Origin: Leptogorgia sarmentosa
Taxonomy: Eukaryota
Assembly (NCBI GenBank): GCA_964658305.1
Contig: OZ210885.1
Location: 3,720,001 to 3,784,000, forward strand
DNA length: 64,000 nt
Reading direction: 5' to 3'
Positions 24,701-39,700 of the stretch are shown piece by piece; position 1 is the stretch's first letter, and every line of letters begins with the position of its first letter. The notes beneath the pieces are model-generated. The model was not told where the DNA came from. It did no database searches and saw nothing but the letters and a program-made list of their open reading frames with translations. The position numbers were made by a program, and so were the translations under genes.

Positions 24701-27700
24701 ACTGGGCTCGTAACAGTTATGTATAGTCATAGATTAATTACACAACCGAACCGCTAAGGATTGTAAGCAACAATAACAAAAAAATTCAAAATTAAATGAG
24801 TTTGTTAAAGCGAGTTTATATAGTTGTATATTTAGTAGACCGGGGGCCGGTTGTATAAAACTCTTAAACTATCCGTTTTGTAGTTAAATGGCAGTTAACT
24901 TTGAAATACGCGTTTCTGATTGGTCAATTTTCGCACTTTAACTACGTTTTTATACAAACGGCTCCGGGTCCTCACGTAGATACATGTAACATGTACAAAG
25001 CTGCACTGATGAGGCGTAAACGCCGAAACATGCGCATGTATGCAGATGGTATTACGCTCCTTCACTTCGGTGTTGCTGAGCAGTCTGTGCGCAGAGATAG
25101 TGGGTGTCCAATCGCAATAATAATCGTGTGTACCAAGGCCTACTCTGGGCTCCAAGATCGCCGCGATTAATTGCGATAGGGAAAAAATGCCAAAATTCAA
25201 GGCGATCTTGATGCGATCTTGGGCGATCTTAGGCAATCTTGGGCGATCTTAGGCAATATTGGGTTATCTTGCACCCTGCAGTAGGCCTTGAACCACATCC
25301 AATTGTACTAATTGGCGGCCCGAAAATGTGTATTTTACAACGCAAATATATCTTATGCCGGCATAATCGGTTTTTACGTTGCTTGACAACAACACAGCGC
25401 GCTTTATTCACGCAGCTATTCTAGTTTTGCTAGACTTTTAACGAAAATTTGGTCCATTTTTCGTATTCTCTGGAAAAAAATTTTGCATGTGTTTGCCTGC
25501 CATTTCGCCATTTTGTTTGTTCTGGAAAAAAATACAGTACAGTACCGCAGTACAATTCACGAAATAAATTGTATACTCCTCTTAGCCAATCAGCATCCAG
25601 TGATTTTGTTATGCTAAAAATAAGCTTACTATTTTACCAGAGAATTCAGAAAATGTGTACATACCTCAGGAACTAAAGCATTGGAGTTGGAGGACCACAT
25701 ATGATCATTAATCTCACGTAGAATGCGATGAGACAAAGGACTATAATGGATTAAAATGAATTCAAGTTAGTTGTTTCAGTGACAATAAACGTTTCGCACA
25801 GTACAAGCTAATCTCTTGCCAGGATCCTCAATAAGTTACCCAAATCCTCTAATGATCTAATCCGAACTGCATCAGGATCAGATTTGCGGCCTAGCATAGT
25901 TCTCATAGTCCGAAACGAAATATTGAAACATCTTATGTTTGTTTACATGTGAAACTAGAGGACATTCCGAGAGGGCAAATCTCCGCTTTATTTCACCGCT
26001 GATTGAGGTTTCATGATATAGCAACTTCATTACGCGATCATTTTTAAGAGAATGTACAACAAAACTTTAATTTCGCGAATTTCTTTCCCAATTCCCCAAG
26101 TTGAAGCAAAATTTAATCAACTCTTACTTTGGGTATGGCAAACACAGTTTGCCGTCAAAATATTTTGTTAGGTTATCACATGCAGACACACACATACACA
26201 TACAAACAGAACAAGATAACTACCAACCTCCGCACAGAGGTAATTACTATTTAATATTGTGGAATTTCGACAATTTACATAATTATTTATAAAATAACCG
26301 GAAGTAAGTGAAAGACTGCGCGCGTGTGATTGGCTACCAGCCGTGTTGATGTGAGATCATGTAAACACAGCTATTTCCCGCTGCTTCTCGCTATTCCGTT
26401 ATTCCGCTTTTGTCATCGTGTTATTTTATAAAATAATAGAAAACATTTTCCTATGTTTACATTGAGTTATGTAAACACGAGTGCAAGTTGGGAGAACGAG
26501 AAATGTGTGGAAACACTCGGCCTTCCGTCATAACTGATTTCTATTCCTTAAATGCAAAGGCTTTGTATGAATAAGTATATTCGTAAATAAATATATATCA
26601 AGTAATCTAAGACCAACCTTTTGTGGTTTTCCAGTTGAGAACTAAGAATGCACTTGTAGTAAAACTCCTGCGTGAAGAAAATATTCCGAAGCTTCGTATC
26701 CGAAATGGTTTTAAGTGTTTGTTCTGCTCCAAGCCGTTGCAACATGAGAAGTGCGTACGATTTTAAATCTACAAACAAACTCCTGTGCTCCGCAGATGCT
26801 CGAGACCTCAGACACGTATGCTGGTCAAAGCTGTTCAAATCCTCCTTCAAAGATGCCTTGTCGGAAAATGGCGCTGCCGACTTTAATTTGTCGTCAAATC
26901 CTTGCACTTCAGGGGATTGTTGTCCACATTGTTCGTCGTATTCTGCGTTAGCTTCGAAGTCACATTCCTTCTCAGATTCAACCATAGTTTTTCCATTTTC
27001 GTCAGTCTCTTCAGAGTCAACTGGGTGTACTTCAGACGAGCTTTTGTTATGATTATCGTTCCAAGAGGAGTCTTTCTCTACATGTGATATTTTATCATTA
27101 ATGACCATTTCAGCATTATGGCCATCTTTTTGCATTTTTTCACCATCAGTGTAGTATTGAAAGGTAGTCAGGTATTGTAATCCAAACTTCCATTCGGAAA
27201 GAGATTTTGGAAGCCAACCTGTGGATGAACAAAATACAGAAAAACGTAACTATGTAAAGGTGGTGGGGTTTGTTTCACTTGATAGAACATCAGTTTAAAC
27301 ATTATTTCCATTTTTAGGAATGTTAACTGCCGTCAGCGCTGGGGAGGGTTAGGGTTAGGTTAGGTCCCCTGGATCGATTTAGTCAAGAACAGCCTACAAA
27401 TAGGTTTTGGTTACCGTCTCTTTGTTTTCAACCATTACCACATTTTAACCTCGCCCATTTGGGAATGATTATACAATTATAAATTGGGAACATTTTACAT
27501 TGAATAATAAATTCATGTAACCAATGAAAGAACCAAGAAACGCACGCCGATCCAGGGGGCCATCTTCCATCCGTCGGCATGCATATCCCAACCCATCCCC
27601 TAACCATGGGAAACAAGGTTGGCATAATCTCAACATGGAGTTTATGTCCTGTTGATTTATTATACAGTATTTTACAGCACTTTTGGATTTAATTGTTGTA

Positions 27701-30700
27701 AATGTGTTGTGTATGTACGATAACCATTCATTTCGTCATTTTAACAACGTACCCCAAATCTGCCTACTATTCAACAAGGAAATGTCACCAAGACGAAAGG
27801 ATAGTTTTAAGGCGTCAATGCGAAGCCCTAGCATCACAAGGAGCTGAATACATCCCTGCCAATACCTAAAAGAAAATATGAACACGAGAATATATTAGCA
27901 GAATTATACACAAGTCGAAATTCCAACCAAGAACAGCTGGGAAAATTTATCAGCGATAAGAACATCCGGAAAGAATACAGCTCCATTTACAAGGTACTGG
28001 ATTCGCATGTCCACGAAAATCGTCTTTACTCTTACCACTTTTTTAAAGATTATTTGTTAAAAATGTTGTAATATCATAGATTTAAGAGCCACGTTGTAAT
28101 CGTGACCATGGGGTCCAGTCCAAGACAGCCTTGTTTTCCCGCCAAAACCTTGCTACAAGTTATCGACGATTGTCATCAAATCTGTCAACAGACTTGTTAA
28201 AAGTTGCTTGATAGTTTCAAACGTACGTACCCATGGTTATGAGATATATTCAGCAACTTCTTCAACGCTTCAGTGTCGTTATTCGCTTTAAAATGCTTTA
28301 TAATCTCTATCATAAGTTCCTCATACTGAAACGATGTCTGATGTGAACCAGGTCTAAATTTTAAAAGAAGAAAACAGTCAGGGGCAGAAAATATAATTGA
28401 TCTGTTGGATTCAAAAGTGATAGATTTAAAAGTTTGTAATAACCTTCTTTCGTATTTATGTATGACAGCACAACGACTCCTATATCAAAACATTCCGGAT
28501 TTGTAACGAATCCGAAAACCTTTGATCCGGCGCAGCCGTATACGGTAGCCCAAAATTCCTTTCTGATTAAGAGATTTTTTTCACAAATACTGCGCATTCA
28601 GCAAATACTTTCAATCGTACACTTTTTTCAATACACGCCGGCAATCTTCTCCCCGCAAGTATTTTTTGTTATAGTAGGTTCAGAATTGACTTCCACTACC
28701 GGGTACCATTAACAGAACATGAAGCAATCGGATGCGTTAAGTCGATCCAATTAATCAATGACATTCGCAAGAGGTCAGTGAAAGGTATAGCGGTAGTGCT
28801 AGCGGAAGTCAAATCTGAACCTCGTGAATCTGAACCAAATCTGAATAGTCGTACCTTGGCCAGCCACAATGGCATCGCACATCACTGTCTGCTAAATCAT
28901 CCAAAATGAGAGCAGAATGGTAAACCAATATAATAAAATCTTCAGAATGAGATATTTCATCTAAAACATCCAATCTATTAAGCAGAAATTGCATGATATA
29001 AATAAAGGATCTTTGGCAACAGCACTAAAAGCTTTAGGGAAGAGGATAGGTTTTCTCGCGTTCTGGTGTGCGTTTATACGGCGGCAGATTTAAGCAAATG
29101 CGACCTTGAAATCATTATTTGATTGCGTATGAACTTGCGACGCTTGATTGGATGTTGATTTCGTGTATGGAGGTTTCACATCATCTCAAAACTGTATATC
29201 AAATTCTGGATTTGACGAAAAACGAAGACTGACACTCCCTTGTGTATATTAGGAGACGTATATTAAATCAACTTGGGCTTGCGTTTATTGGGGCAAGACT
29301 GTAGTAGCAAAAAAAACATAACGAACACCCCGCTCTACTAATTCCCGACGAAGGCCCTTCGGTCGAAACTTTAACGTTTAGGTAGTGAGATTATCCTTCC
29401 TGCTCTTGTTCGCTATCCTGAAGCGCTACCTACGCTGGCCACGTGTGCTGTTGTTTAGCAAACAAAACATGACTGTTCGGATTCTTTATTTTCAACTTAC
29501 TTGTGCTCACTTTTCTTTGCACGGCTTTGAATGAGGTGGGTAACGTAAATCAGGAAATCACTGCAATTACTGTAGAGGTTTGTTGAGGTGGACAAACAAA
29601 ACAAAGCAACTTCCCAAGGACGGAGATGAGGGTAGATTTCAGCACACAATTTTGCAACGTCTCGCGGTACCAAGTAGTACAATCTGTAGAGAAGTAAAAA
29701 AATAGGTGCGCACCATGTAAATGTTCGTTTACAAAGAACAACGGAAAAATTGCACCAGAACCAACAGTATTCGAGCATGTACCCCAGGCACTTTCTGAAA
29801 TATATCAAAGTTCTGAAGTGATGAAACTTTAAAATAACCCTTGTCACGATTGTAAACTTTTTGAAGCTGGTTGCATCAAAGGCGTTTAACTTTAACGGCG
29901 GATAAGCAAAAATATCAAACTAAGACTAAAAACCAACTGAATTTTTCTGTGTAAGCATAAAGTATAGTTTCCATGGAGTCGTTAGCTATCGCTCGTTGTT
30001 CTCTGAGGAAACAACTAGAGACCATGAACGACCAGAAATAATAATTTCGTTGACAGCCTCAATGAGACATAGGTTTTATTCTATCTGTTTCTCTCGGTCG
30101 TTATAAATGACGAGCGATGGCTAGCGAACTTAGAAAAACTAGACTTGACAGACCTCAACTGGGCATCAAATCATCAGAAACGTTTAAATTCAAACGGCCT
30201 AGATACAACCAGTCCCTGGTAGACACTTTACCTAAACACATGCCGCAGTAGTCTTTTCTGGTAGTTTTCAGCTTTGTCTTTCATTAACTGCAATGCTTCT
30301 TTAGTATCACCAGTGTCTATTGCATCATCAACAGCGTCTCGTTCAGTAAAATCTAGATATTTAAAACAATTTTTAGTATGATAATTTAAGCAAGATAATA
30401 TACATGTGTAATCCTGCCAGCCAATCACAATGGCGAAAATCTGAAATCGCAATGCGGCCTCTTATACTTGAGGGATAACTTCATTTGCGTTCTGTTTTAA
30501 GATCATTGATGTTAATATTATGCCATATGAAATCAAGTTAGCTCGTTCACGGCAACCAGGTACAATATCACTCATGTCAGGCTCGCTATTCTGGTTTGTA
30601 TAATTGAATACAGAGCTTCCTCGAGGTGTATTCACGAGGTGTATTCACAGTGCTATGGTCAAAGACGTTGCCTAGAAGCGTGATGCCCTTACGAAAAATA

Positions 30701-33700
30701 CAAATGTAAAAACCCATATGTGAAACCATATATGTGAATCACATGTGATTGTTCCAATTCCAGGTGTGAACCACATGTGTATTTTTCATAAGGGTGAAGA
30801 CATGAGTGATGCCATATGATCTTTAACCGCGAATGCAATTCGACTGGGCCTTGCATTCATTTTCAACAACTACTGCGGTGATTTTGTTCCTCATCTCTAG
30901 ATCAAAATTTATAGTCTAAAGCTGGAATGATTTATTTATATTACCGTCCAGACAACGTAGAAGATTTTTCAACAGATGCTGATGGTTGAGGCAATCTGCC
31001 ACCACGGATCCTCGTAACGTTTGATAATCCAAAAGTTGAAAATTCGCACAAAGAAATTTTGTCTTCGCAAGATCTTGTTTCAGGGCCTCGACTGACTGTA
31101 GTTCTTCGTCAACCTTGACGGAATCGATGTTCAAAACCACATCATTTTGTCTTTGTTTACAAGTACCACATTTCAACAGTTGTTCGCTTGTCAATTCTTC
31201 GTCAGCTTGGAAATCATTTCCAGAACTTGATGAAAATATTTTCATTTTGAAGCACAAATTTGTAAGTTCTGCCACAATTGTCGTATCCTGAGGATCCAGG
31301 AATCTTGACAAGTCCACTTTGATAGACGGCGATAAAATTTTCCCTACGTCTGTGACGTAATACTCTCTTGTGTCTTTGTTCTTTGGGTAAACCAGATCAA
31401 CAGCAACGTTTGCTTTCTCCAGGTAGATTATCCAATCACAAAGCGTCGCCTTCAAGGCCCTCGGATCATACAGTAGTTTCTCGCGAATTTTTTTTCTACA
31501 CAAAAAGATGATGGACGGATAATTTTTGTAAGGAAAATGGAATATCTTAACGATGAAGCATTGAAATACATTTCTATTACATGTATATGCCAAGCGTATT
31601 TTTTCCTGTTTTGTCAACTTCCAAATAGTGTCACAAACAACTAACTTCAGAAATCCTCCTGCTTTTTAGCCTTAATTCGGGACAAACGTGGATGAGAGTT
31701 GATGAAAGTTGGCAGTCATGCGATCTTGGTCAAACTGTACTCAATGCTTTTCCAAAACACACTCATGCATTTAATTGAAGTAAAAACATCAATCCTTCAT
31801 TTTTTCAATGTAAAGCTGAAAATGTCTTCTGTGACGGCCATCAGTCTCATCAACTCACCCGACTTTCACAGTGTGTCACTAAAAACAGATCCTATTCAGA
31901 AGAATTAAATATGGGCTCATCCTACCACCGTCTGTACTCAGCCTAATGAGTAATTTGCCATGCACTGACGTTAATTTTAAAAAATCTAGGACGTGTATAT
32001 GAGTTTGTATGCACTTCATTTAGGACAGATAATCTCAACTGCTTTAGGGTAAATTGACCATGCCGGTCAACATGGCATATGTGCCAAAACCTGAATCCGG
32101 GGCGAAAGTGCTCAAAATGACCCCGCCCTGAAACGGCAGTGTCGACACACCTCTAACTTCCAAAAAATAAAAGCAACAGCTTTTTGTGTTAAGAAGGGTT
32201 GCTTTTAGGGGTGGTCATTACCCATTGGAGGGGAAACTTTGTGTAAGTAATATTTCACAAGAAATTGACAATGCACCATCCCAGCAAAATGGCTAATTAT
32301 GCATGAAATCACAAATATGCCTGGCAGAGTTTTAGTTCTCTCATTTTCCAAACTTAAATTTTCCATTATGCTTTATTCAACATAATTATTGTAGATTTCA
32401 TAAGAATAATTTTCAAACCTTGTCTCACGGGAGATGATCACCAATGATTTCACTTCAAGTGGCGATGTGATATTTGTTGACGTTCCTTTAGATCCAGATC
32501 CTTTGGTACCGAAAGCCTTTGTTGGTTCTTCACTTCCCAAGTCCCTCTCCTCTGGAGTTAACCTCTTCAGAAATTTACGCGCCTTTTGAACAACTTCTTG
32601 TTTCGCAGCAACGGAGCGTGAACGAATGCTTTCTTTCGATTCTTGTGACTGCGCCTGCACACCACTGTCAATACTTAAAGGTGAATCTGTATCAGGTTTT
32701 GTCGTGTCTAATATCTGAAACATAAAAAAATTAGCGTTTGATCGTTAAGCTGTAAATCTCAAGACGTTTTATCAACGTCAAAAGTGTTGTTCTGTGATAA
32801 CAAATTAAGCATGCGACAAAGCGTAGGTAATAACATCAACATAGCTACAGGATACAATAAGATTCGACGTTTAATGTTCGTTATCCTTACTAATTCTCGA
32901 CGAAAGGCCATTTCTGGAAACGTCAAATTTTATTTTATCGTTTAAGGACAAATAATGAATAGTTAGAATTCTGCTCGCAGGGAACTGTTGTTAACCAAGG
33001 TCAAAAAAATATAATATACCCAAATTACCTGAACATCAACCGTCTTTGGAGGATCAATATTACTCTTTTCGAGATCTTCCCCAGATCTGAACGTTGCTTC
33101 TATATGAAAGATATTAGTTTTGTTCACGCTTGTTTTGTTTACACAGATAAAGGGTATGATTCCAGATTCATATTATAAACAGACAATTTGATTAACATTA
33201 AAATTGCTTCCTCACTTCCCTACACAACTGCATGCACTCCCTAAATTTATACGCCCGCATCCACTACTATCTATTAAAAGCATAAAAGAGCCTGAGAGGA
33301 GGAAGCAAATACAATGAATTCTGAGAGGACTGGAACGAAGACTTGGCCGCCATCTTTAAAACCACTCATAATGGCCGCAATTAGACGACTTCGAAAGACA
33401 CCCCCTCGAAAGCATCGACTTATTAGCAATTGAATAAAGCTATGGAAATGACTAAGTTCAAACTAAATATCAGTTACCAAAAATTTCAGAATATTTGCAA
33501 GCGCTGTATTGGCAATATGTGAATTCACATACTTGATTTTTCCATTTTAATTAAATCTGTTGGTTGCAGTGGACTAACAATATCTGTGAAATTAGAAAAA
33601 GAGCAATTTATAAGCAGCAATCAAATATGAGTTTTTTTTCAAATAGAACAAAATAATATAAATAATAATGAAGACCAAAGTTCCAGCCTCGTTCGCAGAC

Positions 33701-36700
33701 GCTTTTTTTACAAAAGTTTCAACAGTTATAATCCAGTGTAAATATACAAACCAGTTGCAGATTGAGTGACGGCTCAATGGTTCTTGGGAAGGACGTGGCA
33801 AATTTTTTGGTAACCGGGTATAGGTGGCTGGCAAAACACTAAGCGTCATACTTACCAATTGTGTGGATTTTTATTTTCTTTTTCTTCCTCTCTTTAAAGA
33901 CAATTTGAGTTTTCCTATAACAAATAATTGCTGAACTTAACAGGAGCGAGAGCCGCCAGTATAGATAAAAATAATCTATAAATACGTCTGCAATTAGCCG
34001 AGATCAAAATTCTGAATATACGAACGAAAAAACGTTTGTGATTACAAATAATCTAAGGACAAAATCTCGTAGCCGTACTAAATTTCGTAGCTGTCACGAA
34101 TCTGAAGTTCCCTATTGTGGTTACTGTCGGTGTTGTTGATGTTCTTGTTGTTGCTGTACACGTTGTTGTTGTACAGTGTATTGTTAAAATGATTGAATTA
34201 TCACCTTTCTTCCGCATCAGAATCTGCATCTTCCGATGGTCCAGCATTATCGTTTCTGGATTGGGATGTTGTCGTTAATGCACTGTCGCCACTATAGGTC
34301 TCGTCACCAAGCCCTTCGCTATCTGATGGTGATCTTGTATTATATCTTGAATTCCGTTCTTCCCAAGTGGAACCAAACGACTAAAGGAAGTTTGACGTTA
34401 AAAAGTGGTTTAAGTTTTGCCTCTTAAGTCTTAAAGTTATTTATTATATGGCTTTTCAAAATTCCCTATTCTGAATGGTCGACAAGCGGTCCGTAAAAAC
34501 CGATATCCGTACCGTGGTCCGCATTTTCCGTATCTGGACCGGTGTCCCGGATGTCGTTCGTCGTTTTTAATTTTCCAATTTAAGATACAAATTTCAAACA
34601 ACCAAATTATTTTAGATTGAGCATGTATGTCTACCGTATATACTGCTACCCAGTGAAACTGATGATAGTCGATGTTAATTCGCGCGAAAAGCATATGCTC
34701 AAATACTCAATTCAGCCATATAATAATCAGTTTATTGACCTCGCTTGTTCGGTCTGTACTGTGAAATATCAGACCTCAGTTTTTGAATTGACCTCGCTCC
34801 TTCGTCGCTCGGTTCATACTAAAAAACCTCGGTCTGATATTTCACAGTACATGCAGACCTCACGCTCGGGGTCAATAAACCTTTGTTATCACTAAAACAT
34901 AGCCCAAATCCATTGTTATTATGGTTTCTGGACACAAATATACGAATATCAGCCCCCCTTATTATCAATCTTCCTACGCCACTGTAGTTAACAGACCTTT
35001 TGCTGCTTATTCATGTTGTTATCCGCTACCTACACTAGGCACATGCATTTATTGAAGCTTAGTTAATGACTACCTTAATATTCGCGCCACTACCAAGAGT
35101 GAATGGAGTTGATGAAGCCATGTGACTTGCAGCTTGTGCCCCAGCTAACAACACAGTGTCAAGCGATAATTCCTTGAGCTGATCTTTGAAAACATTTTTC
35201 AGCTTTGATAATCTTTCTTTCTTGTCACTAGCGTTGTCGTCTTCCATGGCCGAGTCCAAAGAAGTAGGGTAACATACACTGTCACTGTCAGGATTACTTA
35301 GAAAATCACTTGTAATACTGCGAGATTCAGAATCATCGATTGATGAAGCCCCAGGGACCTCGGGACCTTCGCTTGCATGATCTGCTGGAAGACGTTCCAA
35401 ACTTTCTTCCAATTCTGATAGTTCACGGACAATTTCCTGCACGAGAAAAGATACAGATTAAGAAAGAATGAGTACAGGGTCTTAACACCTTTTTAAACGA
35501 AGTCAACAGCATTTTGGGCAAATATTGTTTATGCGATGTTTGGACGAAAAATTGTGCAAGTTTAAACTAAGCGCAGGGCAACATCATCCAACATGTTCCC
35601 TCATGAATGTTGGATAATGTACTTGGCTTCGCTTGAACAGGCCCTCGGCTTAGAATGGAATTTTTCAGAACAACCAATCATAAAAAATCAATACACTTAT
35701 TTCGAAAAGCATATTTCACTAAACTCGAAAGCGACGCTGAATCGCTAAGCCTTATTAATACAGCATAAAACTTGCCCTACTGCTGCTATGAGCACGGTAC
35801 TTTTCACGGTAAATTTCAGAATTTGACATTCTCTGCCCTCTCTTAGCGATCCAGAATGACTCATGTTTACCGAAAGGGTGTATTCGTAAATACAGTCGCC
35901 CATCAAACAGGGACTTCATTATGTACAATTAACATTTCTGTATATACCTCATGCTCCAGATTATCATTAAGCATTTCTTTCACTCGACGTACAACATATT
36001 CTGGCACATGATCCCTGGCAGTGACAGGAATTATCTGCATCTTACATGAAGTAAGAACCTGTAACAAGTATAATATGAAGACCGGTTCAAGTATGGGGTT
36101 GATGGGAATTTGCTAGTCATCTTTCCTCCAAGCAAAGAGCTGAACCAGATTGAAAAGGACTCAACTCAAGATCATCGAGTGGAAGGCCAACGGAACACAG
36201 CTACAGTGGAAGGGTTAATTTGGAGATTTTCACATGCAGTTGGTTAATCTCGCATATTTCTTCTCACCCTAATTTAGGCGAGCCAGTGATCCCCCAAGTC
36301 CTTAAAGCGTACTGAACCATACAGCACAAATCTAGACTCAGCCATATACCTTAGAACATTGTAACCAGTCTCCCATAACAAACAGTTTTGCTGCACATTC
36401 TTTAGGAGGGATGAGTGAATATCGAGTGAGACAGCCGCCAGTTTGAAACACAAACATTTCTTGTCGATTGCAGCAAATGTCCTCGATATCTGTTTTATAA
36501 AATACAAGTCAATAATTTGTTTTTTCATATTATTTCATTGTTTTCCCTAAAAATTATTACCATTCAACGATAGACCTTTGAATTAGTTTTATAAAATAAC
36601 CGGAAGTAAGTGAAAAAGATTGCGCGCGCGTGATTGGCTAACAGCAGTGTTGATGTGAGATTATATAAACTACAGCTATTTCCCGCTGCTTCTCGCTATT

Positions 36701-39700
36701 CCGTTATTCCGCTTTTGTCATCGTGATATTTTATAAAAGTAATAGAAAACGTTTTCCCATGTTTACATTGAGTTATGTAAACACGAGTGCAAGTTTGGGA
36801 GAACGAGAAATGTGTGGAAACACAAGCCCTTCGGAATTTTTCTATTCCTGTAACTCCAGTGTCAAAACAATGAATCGCAATGCAATTTTGATGTCAGTTT
36901 AAAGCTGTACATTTTGTCCTTATTTTCAACTTATCAGTTTAACATCGATTCATATAAAGCAACTTCAGTGCATCTTACTTTCTAGTTGATTATTCCAGAG
37001 AATCAGATTTCCACGTTTTGGATCAATAACGATGACCCTCTCTCTTGTCCACGTCATCAAATACTGATCTCTATAGGACAAATTTTACAAATTCAGTGAT
37101 TCCAATAAGTAAAATTTCAGGTCAATTTTTAAAGCGCAATTGCCAAGTTTGTTTTGATTGTTCCTGATCATAACACTAAATTTGAAATATTATGCGGGAA
37201 CTAGCTTTTATTCAGTATGTATTTTGATACTTTGACAAACCATTGTAAGTTAGCTTTGCAAGTTGCTTGTAATGTTCCAGTTTGGCAGCGCAATGGACAT
37301 GCACGAAATTTGTTTCGTTGCTTACAAGGTCCGCTGAAAGGTAAAATCTGGCCTCACCTGTCACACTCGGTTCAGGTTTTCAGTGGCGTCGCCAGCTCGA
37401 TAAAGTGAGGGGACATATTCATATATTCGTGTTTAGCACAATCAATTTCTTTTGAAATCGATTGTTTTTACAGTCTGCAAACACGAATACATGATGATGT
37501 CCGGTGACGGCACTGCAGGTATTTAACGAGTGTGTAGTGCAACAGTGTCCCGAGACGTCCTTGAAGGTTACTAACTCGACAAGGGGCTCGAAATTTTATC
37601 TGACGTATTTTGAATTTTGTATTATATTTATCATTATCATATACAGAAGTTTGTTCTCGTGAATTGCTATTTTACTGCGAATTTTGTAGTCACTTAGTCA
37701 AAATCCATTAGTATATCGATAAATATACATACATTTCTTTGCGTAAGGTAACGGTATTGACGTCAGGCCACTTCAAAAACATGCTCGGACTCACGAGTGC
37801 ATTGCCCCCAAACTATCTCACGAGCATTTATTAGCACAATCCAACCCGGATTATCTATCATACAAATCACAATAACAAAATTTAATCGTTACCGTAAGAC
37901 AAGCAGTTTTGGAAAGTTGTATGTTTCGCAATTCTCGACCAAGCCCTTTTCGTTCCTAAAGCAAATATCAATAAAAGTATACTCATGTTACACATAATTT
38001 GCATATTATACAAAATAACCGGTAAATTCTTGAGGTTCTCGGAAAAGATACGAAAAACGTTACGCACACAGTAGAGCGGAACTTTAGACAATCAAAGGAA
38101 TGGACTGGAAACGCAAGCAAGAGCGCTAATGTTGCCACATCCGTGTTACGGCCTGATACGCTTTACTTTGGAAACCCTTTATTTTAAACTTCATGATTTT
38201 ACTGAGTTCTACGACCTTTGTAATCATGCCTCACGTATCCGGCAAACATGCTTTTAAACAAAGTCGATGTTGATCACCTATTCAATTTTGAGTCGCTTTA
38301 AATTATGTCACAGTTGTAAATAAATGCAAAAACACCGTATAATTATAAACCGAAATAATTGATAACGGATTTTAATTTCATGTAACCTCAACATACCCAC
38401 AGACATGTCCTACGACAGGTGAGCTGGATGTGGCCAACAGTTTCTTATACTGCTGCGTGGACAACACCTGACCAGAACTATCGACCTGAAAAAGCCCCCA
38501 AAATTAGCGTTTTTCATGAGGGCCAATACCAGCCATTTTCTGATATGAGTTTGAAAAGACTTGTTTGAAAAGTTTGAATTTTATGCTGGTAATTTTAGTG
38601 ACTGGATTGCACATTCATTTAACTGACTTAGAAGCCGAAATATTCTTAAAAAGATTGGGTATATTAGTTTGGAATAGCTAAATCGCTTGCTTTTCAAATT
38701 ATAAATTATACCTTCCAATATAACTTGCAAAACATAGTTCTCAAGATTTTGTAATACCAGTCTTAGAACGTTTTGAACACCACATAATGGGGCTTTTAGC
38801 AGCCTAATATCATTGTTGTCAATTTCCTGGACGCTGATTGGCTGAAAAGCTTCAACAACTGTGCAAATTAAACTTAATTGCACGGTTTCGAGCCCGCGAT
38901 ACATTATAAAAACAAATAAATAAACGCTTAAATCAACGCTAAAATTTTTGTTTTTTTATCATTTTATTGTCAACTTTGGACAAAAAAGGTTAGTGAACGT
39001 GTACTACAATGATATTAATCGTTGTATTAAATTGTTGTATTATATTTCGCCAAACAAGCGTGCAATTTTTCATTAATACTTCTCGAACCGTGTAATTTCC
39101 TATACATATTGAATGGCCTTCCCATGCACAAGCAACTAGAAACGTATAGAAGCTTTTTAGACATCTCCCCAACTCCAAAGTAGATTTAAGTGGGCTATTC
39201 AATATGGCCGCCATTGGCTTAAATTATTCTCCGTTTGCCTATGACTTCATACCTTGCCAATGGCCACCAATCGGGTTGACATTTCGAATTTTATCTCAAA
39301 ATTCTTTTATTTATAAATATTTTTAAACTTACAACCATGCTGAACGCATGTGCTGTTGTGCACGTGTTTTGAAATATCAACCAAGATGGCGGCCAATTGC
39401 AAACCACGTATTCATAGCCGATGCATTATTTAGTCTTATACAGGGACCCAGTACCCTACTTCCAATTACCCTACTTTTTATACCTGGTTTCTCGCAGAAT
39501 TGCTCTAATAAATTACAGAACTACCTTAGGTCGATATGTGATATAGGACACAACATTACAATCATTTGTATTCAACAATGACAATGTTTTACAGGTGTTT
39601 TTTAATTGAATATCATACCTCCCACAATCTAGCACCAGGCCTAGCACAGTATATAACAGCTTGGTTGTTGGCTTCAAGAAGATAACATGCTCCATACTGG

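Noticed and set aside
26548..27135. Stand-alone ORFs at 26548, 30916, 32373 and 35059
   Set aside because: They are internal HPS5 exons read through into introns.
27346..27365. Telomere-like gggttagggttaggttagg
   Set aside because: Only 2-3 units long and interstitial, most likely part of a dispersed repeat.
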